Positions 24,586 to 35,585 of a DNA stretch of 64,000 nt are shown here, piece after piece. The position numbers and the translations under genes are program-made. Within the stretch, counting starts at the first letter, position 1. Each line of letters starts with the position of its first letter. The notes beneath the pieces are model-generated. The model saw only the letters and a list, made by a program, of their open reading frames with translations. It had not been told where the DNA came from and searched no databases. This DNA comes from Azolla caroliniana (taxonomy: Eukaryota > Plantae > Polypodiophyta): positions 10,540,001 through 10,604,000 of the forward strand of contig JBHGNT010000006.1 in assembly GCA_043228905.1 (NCBI GenBank). The letters are read 5' to 3'.

Positions 24586-26197
24586 GGCACGGAAGTGACC
24601 ACAACGGAATCGGCAACGTTGGAGACTGAGTTGAAATCAGAAGAATGTGCACCCAAGCTGAAAGCAATCCCCACCCAAGTAACAATGTTTGTGGAAAGGG
24701 CTTGCGCAGGTGTTTGTGGAAAAGTGATACAATCCACCATCGGATTGTGTGTTTCCAACCATGAGAGCCCTAAAACAATCAGATGACGAGGGGTTGCAAT
24801 GAGGTAGAATGTTAATACCTCTTGGTGGAACCTGACTTGAAATACCAACAGGACAGTGGCTTCAGTAATTGCCCCTGAAGAGAGAACTTGTCCGTCGATA
24901 GCTTCAACAGAAATGGGTTGTGTTGTGTGGATGGTTGGGATTTTATGTGCTCGGGTGAACGCGATATCAATGACAGAAGTAGATGCACCAGAATCGAGCA
25001 AGGCATGGGATTTTATTGAAATAGACCCAAAACAAAGACTTACTTGCAAAGTAAAACCTCTTGATGGCGTGACTGAATTGTAGGAGCACGAAGAAGTAGG
25101 GTGACGAAAAGTGTCCAATGGCATGGCTCCTACTGCAGCCGGACTTGCTCGTTTTCCTATTGTCCAAAAACCTCCGCAAGACCTGCACGGTCGTTTTGTT
25201 GTTGTCGAGAAACCTCTGCAAGACGTGCACGGTGGAATTGATGATGAGGGCCGCGCATCGGGCAGTGGTGGATGACATGGCCGGGGGTACCACAATAGAG
25301 GTAGAGGCCATTGTCACGTCGATGTTGTCGTTGGGCATTTGGTAATGGTTGGAACCGAGCATGGTCGATCTCCATTTGGGTACGAGGATCAACCTGCATC
25401 GGGGTATCAGCACTATTGGAAGATGGCAACCGTGGCGCGCTTGGTGAAACTGATATATATGGCCTTGTGAGTGGAGCATTGCTGGAGGAAAATGGAAAAC
25501 CTCGAGTCCCCTGTTCAAAAAAACGATTACCACATTGAACGGCTTGGGAGATTACCTGGGACAATGATGTGGGCTCCGGAAAGTTTAAGAGAAGAGTTTT
25601 GATATCATTTCAAAGGCCTCGACGAAACTGGTCGCATAAAGCTTGGTCCTCCCAACTCACATTGCACGTGATCTAACGAAACTCTGAAGCATAAACGGAA
25701 GCTGGACGGGAGCCTTGTTGTAAGGAATAGAGTTTTGTGAGTGCTATTCGTCGCCGATCTATCTCTGCGAATGTGGCTTCAAGCTCCGCAAGGAAGGTAG
25801 GAAAGTTTTCAGGTCTCGATCAATGGTGCAAACCACGCTTGTGCCGGCCCAGAGAGAAGGCTGCCAACGAGGCCGACCTGAGAGAAATCACTAGCATAAC
25901 GTTGGGGTTGTAAGTGGATAATAAGCTGAATTTGATTGATGAAGCCACGAAGATGCGCCCTCGAGCCGTTGAATTTGTCAGGTTGGCTAACGTTAGGTTC
26001 GAGGACATATGAATGGGAAGAGGAAGGGGTTGGGTTAGATGCTGACAGAAAGTGAGGCTCAACGGGTGAACGATTGTTGGCTGTGCTATTTTGAAGCTCT
26101 CGCAATGACTGACGAAGGCTTTCATTTTCTAATTGAAGTTGCTCCAAGGCTGCCTTTACTTGGTTTAAGGCCGAGTCGGACATGTTAACAAGAAGGG

Positions 26198-26208
26198 AAG
26201 GTGAACAA
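26198..26208 (-). promoter_or_regulatory. Self-priming primer-binding site of H (TTGTTCACCTT)
   Basis: Lies 2 nt after the LTR end and is perfectly complementary to AAGGTGAACAA, which starts 32 nt downstream of the LTR TATAAATA (26380-26370). Confidence 0.85.
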
Positions 26209-26525
26209 ACTGTCACAGACGTAGACAAGGGCAAGGACAAGTAGGTGAGCTCAATATTAAGAAAGAGAGAAAGATAGATATATAGATAGAGAGGAGCATA
26301 GACAAGAGAACAAGAGAGAGAGAGGGTAGACAAAAGAGCGAGAACTTAATTATGCTTTCGTAACTGGTGTTGTTCACCTTGATTGTAATCAAGGTGCACC
26401 AAAGTATTTATACAAGAATGTGGTGGTATGAATGTAAGCTAGGAACCATCTAGAGAATGCATGTTCTTGAAAGTTCTAGTGATGAACTTACAATGTAATA
26501 AGTTGAAACTTATACAATATGCATA

Positions 26526-26600
26526 GATGGAATGTAGCTCAATTGGTAAGGTTGCCCAATAAGACCAAGAGGTCATGGGTTCAACCCCTTACATTCCATC
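26526..26600 (+). ncRNA. tRNA-like element (A box TAGCTCAATTGG, B box GGTTCAACCC) antisense in U3 of the H LTR
   Basis: GATGGAATGTA...TACATTCCATC forms an 11-bp closing stem around tRNA-spaced A and B boxes; the anticodon arm is not well formed, so it is not a functional tRNA. Confidence 0.7.
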
Positions 26601-26774
26601 ATGTCTATGACACCTATTGTGCCGACGATCGTTTTGATAGCCCGGTCGAGGGTACCCGTACCTTCATGAGCATTCACCAGTCGGTCTATAGCTGCCACCA
26701 TGGCTTCGACGAGTTTAGTTCCCCTCATCGTCACACTCCTTTGCCGCCTCTTTCATGTTGGGTTCACCAAATTA

Positions 26775-27397
26775 TGTCACGTAACCACGCGTATGCGTGA
26801 GAAATGAAGGTGGAACTGCAGGGGTCCTGGACCAAAGAGCACGAGAAGAAGAGGGAGAGAAACAATAAAAGCGTGTCGTGCAAGATGCTGGGTGTCGCGA
26901 ACATAGAGCTCATCCGGCTCAGACAAAAGAAGAGCGACACGAGAGACAATTAGAAGAGAAAAAGGGGACCACAATCGATTAAGAAAACAAGTTACAACCG
27001 GCACGCCGGTAGCCAAGCCACAACTCAACCAACAATGAACACACCCCAACTCTGAGATACAATGTGGAGCTTCTATCGGGAGCACACGGGCTTCCTGCAC
27101 GAACAGAGGCGTCTGGTAAAGAGCTCCTATAGAGAATGAAATCGAGAACAACGCTCTGTTCCCAATCCGATCGCACTTCGTTCTCTTAAATCCCACAAAA
27201 AAAATAAATATCTAACTCAGTCCTCTCTCCCTCCTTTTAGAGACAAAGGAGAGAGAGGGGGTTGTTACATCAAGTAGTTATTCTCTGCCATTTCGGACAG
27301 AGATTCGCCTAGATTTATTCATCCTATTAAAGTTTCCTACGTCACGCCAACCTAGCCTAGTCCTAGATTATTTACAAGCATAATTTATAATTAGCGT
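26775..27397 (-). repeat. Element B 5' LTR, truncated by D
   Basis: Homologous to 7458-8042 + 19167-19217; followed on minus by the Trp PBS. Confidence 0.9.
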
Positions 27398-28471
27398 TGT
27401 CGTGCCTTTTGGCTCTGGATCGTTGCGTGAATCGGGTGGGAACCACTGAGGTTTTGGACTAGGAGAAAAGAAAATTCTAAGGCAATGAAGAATATGAAAT
27501 ATGTTGTAAGAAAGAAAGATATGAAAAACTCGTGAATCCCACGAGTATAGTGTATTAGTGAGTACTCAGATTAAGAGAGAAAAATACTTAGCAAATTTGT
27601 GAATCACATGATTATATTATATTAATCCACCCTTGTAAAATAAGCAACAATCCCCATACATCTTTCTCTCCTCCTTATATATGGATGGAAGAGGCTAAGC
27701 ATAGCTTCATGCTTTTTTTAAAGTGTTCATGCACACTAAATGTGCATGAGTTGCCTTTTTACACTATGCTTTTATTTCCTAAATATAGTGCTCATGCTCG
27801 CCCCCTCCGAACCCGCACATCCTCCGGTATGTGCCGAAGTCCCTGATGCTTGCTATTCACCTTCATCCGAAGCTTCCTCTGATTCTCCCCTTAAGTTGAC
27901 TATGAGTTGTAATCCACTTTCTTCACTTTCCGCATCACCGCGATCTTCGTCTGATTGCTCCTTCTTGTCGGTCTTGTCTAGGATCACATAGGGTTCTTCA
28001 TCAGTCCGCTTCTTGAAAATCTTCACCCGTTTCCTGGCTATAGGCACTCGTAGCATCGTTCCATCCAACTCGCATAGTCGGTAAGTTCTGTTCTCGAAAA
28101 CTTTCCGAACCTTGTATGGTCCGAACCACCTTTTCGCGAACTTCCGCATCGTTGTATGTTGATGATCCAAACTACTATCGTAGACAATCACCCAATCTCC
28201 TTCTTCAATCTTCCGTAGTCGGTGCTTTGTGTCGAACCGGATTTTATTCCGGAATCGCGCTTCTTGTTGTCGGCGTATTGCTTTCGCTATGTCTTCCGGT
28301 CTTCCCTCTAGTTGTCGTATCCGGACCGCTAGTAGTTCTTCCCAGCTCATGTCTTCCTTCCACGGTGGCACTGTCCATGTCGCGATCGCGGTTTCCGTTG
28401 GCATTACCGGTGCTTGTCCTGTCATAAGTTCTGCCGGCATGTATCTGGTTACGGAGCTATGCGTCGTCCGA
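27398..28471 (-). mobile_element. Element D: C-family 3' end (integrase tail, PPT 27797-27808, 5'-deleted and diverged LTR 27398-27796)
   Basis: 27797-28471 is a close reverse complement of ~16870-17552; the LTR end is the reverse complement of the C LTR end. Confidence 0.88.
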
Positions 28472-28818
28472 TGGTACCAGAGTCTTACTAGCTTCCGGAA
28501 TATCGAAACCCGATTAACAACATTTTTGTTCTGAAACATAATGCCGATCTTCTCCCAGAGCTCATGAGCCTTACTCTCTTCATTGAAATTGTTGTACAGG
28601 CTCATGTCAATGAAGCACCGGATGTATGCCGTCGTCTTCATGTGCATTACCTCCCACACCGTGGTGTCGATCTTATCCGGTCTCTTGTCCCCGAACTGAA
28701 CCGGCATACAAAGATCTTTAACCACGAGCATGTCCCTCATCTTCGACTTCCACTCTGAGTAGTTGGAGCTGGTGAGCTTGAACATGCCTCCCAATGAATC
28801 TTCCATTTTCTGTGTCAT
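27853..28818 (-). other. Uninterrupted chimeric ORF: copia gag N-terminus fused in frame to a gypsy integrase C-terminus (321 aa)
   Basis: MEDSLGGMFKLTSSNYSEWKSKMRDML...FRKLVRLWYH|RTTHSSVTRYMPAELM...KRWFGPY; junction at about 28471. Confidence 0.85.
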
Positions 28819-30239
28819 TTAGCTCTGATACCAGATTGACGTGAAATATGCGGAATATTACTCGGCCACAACCGAGTCTCAGATCGTGTCGTGTCGAATC
28901 GAACACTGAGAATATGAATAGAGGTGAATACACGTACACACAGACAGTATGAGAGAGGGTACACAATATGTTTACGTGGAAAACCCTAAATGAGAAAAAC
29001 CACGGGAGTCCACAAACTCCATGTAAAAAGTAACGTGTGGAAGCAAGTATGAAGACCGAACAGAAGGAAGAAAACACAGGTTTAATGGAGAGCTTGAGCT
29101 CACGCAGTATACGCGGGGGAGACAGAGAGAGAGAGAGAAACACAAGAGGTATATTCAAAAAATACACAATCTCTATTCACCACACTCTATACATATGTGT
29201 GTTCAATGAACACTTTTATACAAGTCCTAGAAGGACTGACGGAAGTACTGACAATACTTCAATGCTCATTAAGAGCTCCTACACTAACTCCCAAATATAT
29301 TCCTCACGAAATATCTTTCCTAACGGCCTCCCGGTTTATGCACCGATCCGGCCCTACCTACGCACCGGTCTGCGTACCGGTTTACGCATTCGGCCTAACT
29401 GATCTGTCCCAACCGATCCGGTCCTCAGCTTCTTCAGCCGATTCGGCCGATGTTGAGCTTGTCTCTCAACACTCCCCCTCAAGCTCAACTTGAGGCTCTT
29501 CGGGATCTTCGGGCTCACAGCTCCGGTTTCTCCTGGCTTCACGCCTCGCTCGCGCTCCACGACCTGTTCGACTCCGCGCGCTTCGACCCTTCTGGTCACC
29601 TTGTCTACTCATGCGGCCCTTATCAGCTCTTCTGCTGTTGTGGTGTTGATGCTTCTCCTGCTGCCTTTTCTTCCGCTTGGGCCTCGGTTGATTCAACGTA
29701 TCTGAATCAAACATCCGAACCGACTCGGCTACCTCTGATCGGTTTTCGCTCTCGTCCGAGTTGGCTGTTTCTCGCGAGCTGGATGTTGCTGAGGTTGTCA
29801 CAGTATATCGTTGTCGGATCTGACACCTCCTCTTGCAGGTCCTTAAGTAGCCGCTTCAACCATATGGTTTCGCATGTCGCGACAGCCGCTCCTCGGTACT
29901 CAGCTTCGGTGCTCGACAGTGCAACTGTCGGCTGCTTCTTACTGCTCCACGCGATCGCGGCACTGCGGAGGGAGAACGCGTATCTGGACGTGGATCGGCG
30001 ACCCGGGGGCTTCACTGTCAAAACTTGTATGATAGCACGTGAGTTCATCAAAAGGGGTTTAATTTAATCAGTGAGATACAGAATATATATATATAAGGGT
30101 ATTAATAAAGATTTGAAAATATATTTACATAAGGGTATTATCAATTATGCTAGAAAAAAAAATTACATAAGCCCATGAAATATTAGATATTTCAATGAGA
30201 TAGTAAAGAATATACAAACAATACTCAAATTTGGAGTAG

Positions 30240-32057
30240 CATACATACATACATATACCTACATTCAAACATTACATCCATGAATATGTATATACATACA
30301 TTACACCCATTTATACATGCATACTGACTAAACATAAATATATGTCGAAATATGTATTACCATGTGTAAATATGTACATACACATACATACATGTATTAC
30401 ATACTACATACATATTAGAATCGGCCATATATATTGACATAGGAGTATACATAATACATACATAAAAATTACATATTACATATATACATACACATTCTCA
30501 CAAACATATTTTATATATTACATATTACACATATATTATTATATACAAATGCAAATATACAAACCAAACACAAAAAAATAAAGTACATATTATATATACA
30601 CATATACACACATTCCATACATACAATACGATACAATATATACATACATACATACATACACACACGAACATGCCACACATCACACATGCATACCACATAC
30701 ATGCATATATATCTACATTCATATATCGCACATCACACATGCGTATATACCTGTACATTCAAACATTACATCCATGAATATGTATATACATACATTACAC
30801 CCATTTATACATGCATAATGACTAAACATAAATATATATACAAATATATATTACCATATGTAAATATGACATACACGTACATACATACATTACATACTAC
30901 ATACATATTAGAATCAAGTTTCAACCATATATATTGACATACATATATACATGTAACATAATACATACAATAAAATTACATATGACATACATACATACAC
31001 AAATGCATATATACATACAAAACACAGAAAAATAAATTACATATTATATATATACACATACACATACATATTATTACCTAAGGCTACATATTATATGTAT
31101 ATAAATCTTCATACTTACAAACAAGTTACATATATTACATATATATAAACGTGCACACACACATAAATAAATTAGATATTACATAGCATATAATCGATAC
31201 CTATTACACAATATACAAATTTACACATACATAAATTACATATATACATATATAGATATATTACATATGTAAATACATATTCCACATATCACCGTATATA
31301 TAGATTATACTGGACCATACAAACCACAATACTTACATACACACACACATTAGGTATATGTATACTTACACATACATTGGATATATACATGCATATTACG
31401 TACATATTACAAACATACATCCATATACTAACCATATACATACTAAACATGAAAATATCCCAAAAATATTCATACATTTACATACATATACATACATTGG
31501 ATATATACATACATATTATGCACATATTACAAACACATTCATACTCATTGAATCATGTATATTGACAAATACATATATGCATACACATACATACATACAT
31601 ATTCCACATATCACCATATATATACATACATATGCCTACAATGTTATAAGTCTTACAAGCATACATCCATACACATATATACATATATGCATACATTACA
31701 TACATGCATACACATAAATACGTTACATACACATACATACGTTACATACACATACATACGTACATTACATATGTACATACATATCATCACAAACTACAAT
31801 ACATACATATATACATAAATATTACGAACAAACATCCACACACTCATGTATGCATATATGCATATGCCATACACTATACACATACAAACATACATACATT
31901 ACATATTACATATATACATAATACACATATGTACATTCATGCATGTACATACATACATTGCATATGCATATATTACAATCACACATTCATATACATTGAG
32001 TCATGTACATTGACATATGGATATATGCATACACCTACACACACACATGCGCACACA

Positions 32058-32101
<44 letters not shown>

Positions 32102-32204
32102 ACACACACACACATACATACATACATACATACATACATACATACATACATACATACATACATACATACATACATACATACACACACACAACACACACAC
32201 ACAC

Positions 32205-32235
<31 letters not shown>

Positions 32236-32369
32236 TACATACATACATTACATACATACACACACACACACACACATACATACATACACACACACACACA
32301 CATACATACACACACACATATACATACATACATACATACATACATACATACATACATACATACATACAT

Positions 32370-32400
<31 letters not shown>

Positions 32401-32447
32401 TACATACATACACACACACACACATATACATACATACATACATACAT

Positions 32448-32501
<54 letters not shown>

Positions 32502-33240
32502 TACATATGTATACACATACATACATTACATATGTAGACATACCTATATTCATTTATACATTGCTACATATACATAAATATTATGCACATATTACAATCA
32601 CACATCCATACACATTGAATCATGTACATTGTCATATGGATATATGAATACACATATGTACATTTGTACATAGACATACTTATATTCATTTATACATTGC
32701 TACATATACATAAATATTATGCACATATTACAATCACACATCCATACACATTGAATCATGTACATTGTCATATGGATATATGAATACACATATGTACATT
32801 TGTACATAGACATACCTATATTCATTTATACATTGCTACATATACATACATTAGATATATACATAAATATTATGCACATATTACAATCACACATCCATAC
32901 ACATTGAATCATGTACATTGTCATATGGATATATGAATACACATACATACACAGATAAATTACATATGTATATATGCATACACATATGTACATTCATACA
33001 TGGACATACATATATTCATTTATATATTGCTACATATACATACACATATATACATTAGATATATACATAGATATTATGTACATATTACAATCACACATTC
33101 ATATACATTGAATCATGTACATTTACATACACAGATAAATTACATATATGCATACACATATGTACATTCGTACATGGACATACATACTCATACATTACAT
33201 ACATGACATATGCATACACATATGTACATTTGTACATGAA
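30240..33240. repeat. AT-rich (CA)n/(CATA)n/(TA)n compound microsatellite field with ~136-153 bp higher-order units at 32520-33170
   Basis: Pure CA/CATA tract at about 32035-32500; repeated TTGAATCATGTACATTG units. Confidence 0.92.
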
Positions 33241-33371
33241 TGTTTGAATGTTATGTTTAGTATGTATGTATGTGCACGTAATGTATGCATGTATGAATGA
33301 ATGAATATATATATGTAATGTATGCATAAAATATGTATGCTTGCATGAATAAACATGAATGAATGGTTGTT

Positions 33372-33403
<32 letters not shown>

Positions 33404-33782
33404 CACATAGAATTTAAATCTTGTAAAAATGGTTACACTAATGACAGGATATCTTCTTTAAAAATAAAAATAATAAAAAACATGAATGAATGGATATATG
33501 AATGTACATATGTGTATATATGTAATATGTAATGTATGTATATTTGTATGTGTATGCATATATGTGTGTGGATGTTTGTTTGTAATATGTATGTATGTGT
33601 ATGTAAAATTAATGTACATATATATGAGGGGTATGAATGTTTAAGTTAAACTATAAAAGCGATAAGTTATAAAAGTGAAAACATTCTAAAGAAAAAATAA
33701 AAATAGGAAAAAATGGGTAAGGGGTAGGGCTAGAAATAGGAGAAAGTAGGGAGGGGTAGGGCTGAAAATAGGAGAAAGTTGA

Positions 33783-33882
33783 NNNNNNNNNNNNNNNNNN
33801 NNNNNNNNNNNNNNNNNNNNNNNNNNNNNNNNNNNNNNNNNNNNNNNNNNNNNNNNNNNNNNNNNNNNNNNNNNNNNNNNNN
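33783..33882. other. Assembly gap (100 N) with duplicated flanks
   Basis: About 145 bp before the gap (33637-33782) is repeated just after it (33884-34030). Confidence 0.97.
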
Positions 33883-34714
33883 AAATGTTTAAGTTAAACT
33901 ATAAAAGCGATAAGTTATAAAAGTGAAAACATTCTAAAGAAAAAATAAAAATAGGAAAAAATGGGTAAGGGGTAGGGCTAGAAATAGGAGAAAGTAGGGG
34001 AGGGGTAGGGCTGAAAATAGGAGAAAGTTGGGGAGGGGCAGGGCTTAGAATATAAAGATTTTTACAAGGGGTGAGTACATAAGCCGGTGACAAATATAAC
34101 ACCGTGCTACCATGTGTAGTCCCGGACATATGAACTACAAGAGAAAGAAAGAGATATAAAAGGGAATGAATCGCTACTAAATGTAGTCTCATGCTTACAA
34201 ACAATATATATTATACATACACATACATACATATTACAACAAACATCCACACACACATATATGTATTATGCATACACATACACATACAAATATACATACA
34301 TTACATATTACATATATACACATATGTACATTCATATATTCATTCATTCATGTTTATTCATGCAAGCATACATTACGTGCACATACATACATACATACAT
34401 ACATTCATTCGTTCATACTAAACATAATATTCAAACATTCATGTTTTTTTAAATTTAGATTTTTGCCGCCTCCTCCTTTGCTCTACCTCCTCGTCTCTCC
34501 TCATTGTTGTCGCCTCTTCTCCCCTTGTTGCTTCTGTCCTCGTTTTGCCGCCTCTGTTCTCGTTTTGCTGCCGCCGCTGCTCGCCTTGTCGTGCTGCTTT
34601 TGCTCACCATTATTCTCTGTCGGGGCTGCCACAAGTACTCTACAAATATTTTACAAGTACACATAAGTACAAACATCATACATAAACCAACACATAAATT
34701 CTTAGACTTACATA

Positions 34715-34739
34715 CACTCACGTACATACATACATACAT

Positions 34740-34794
<55 letters not shown>

Positions 34795-35085
34795 ACGTAT
34801 ACAATCATACACACAGGCCATACATACAATATATACAATAAACGAAATTAATACAATACAATACAATATGTACATACATACACACATACCTATATACACT
34901 GACTTACATACACATTTACACATAACACATACATACAATACAATATGTACACACACACACACACACACACAAACATAACACACATCACACATGCTATACA
35001 TACACAATAAATGCAATTAAATACAATACAATACAATATGTACATACATATTACACACAACCTATATACACATGCAATACAATAC

Positions 35086-35124
<39 letters not shown>

Positions 35125-35585
35125 CATACATACACACACAACACACATGCATACCACATACAAACATATATGATGTATGGAACATACATACACACACACA
35201 AACATAAAACACAACAGACATGCATACCACATATAAACATATATGATGTATGGAACATACATACACACACACAAACATAAAACACAACAGACATGCATAC
35301 CACATATAAACATATATGATGTATGGAACATACATACATACGCACACACAAACATACAAACAACACACATGCATACCACATACAAACATAACAAACAACA
35401 CACATGCATACCACATATAAACATATATGATGTATGGAACATACATACACACACACAAACATAAAACACAATAGACATGCATACCACATATAAACATATA
35501 TGATGTATGGAACATACATACACACAAATCACACATGAATACCACATTCACAATGCACACATACACACATACACACATATATATG
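34715..35585. repeat. (CA)n tracts and a ~73-bp minisatellite
   Basis: CATGCATACCACATA..ACATATATGATGTATGGAACATAC units at about 35146, 35219, 35292, 35403 and 35476. Confidence 0.88.

Larger units (their letters stand above)
23786..26612 (-). mobile_element. Element H: Tf1/Tcn1-like chromovirus 5' half (LTR 26211-26612, gag, PR, RT start), inserted in B gag, 3' half deleted
   Basis: LTR termini TGTCATAGA...TCTGTGACA; gag from 26183 (PDKFNGSRAHLRGFINQIQL..GPAQAW), ALLDSGAS protease, [29 protein letters not shown]. Confidence 0.9.
7458..27397 (-). mobile_element. Gypsy element B (tRNA-Trp primed), interrupted by C, H and D
   Basis: 3' LTR 7458-8042 + 19167-19287, PPT GGTGGGGGTGGA 19288-19299, degenerate gag-pol 19300-23785 and 26613-26750, PBS TGGTGAACCCAACATGAA 26752-26769, 5' LTR 26775-27397 clearly homologous to 7458-8042. 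Confidence 0.9.

Noticed and set aside
26526-26600. Genuine tRNA gene
   Set aside because: Anticodon and T stems pair poorly and there is no oligo-T terminator; reported as tRNA-like only.
33637-34030. Direct repeat around the N run
   Set aside because: Most likely an unmerged contig overlap at the gap.
30500-35580. Long His/Thr/Tyr- or Cys/Val/Met-rich ORFs
   Set aside because: Translations of (CA)n/(CATA)n microsatellites.
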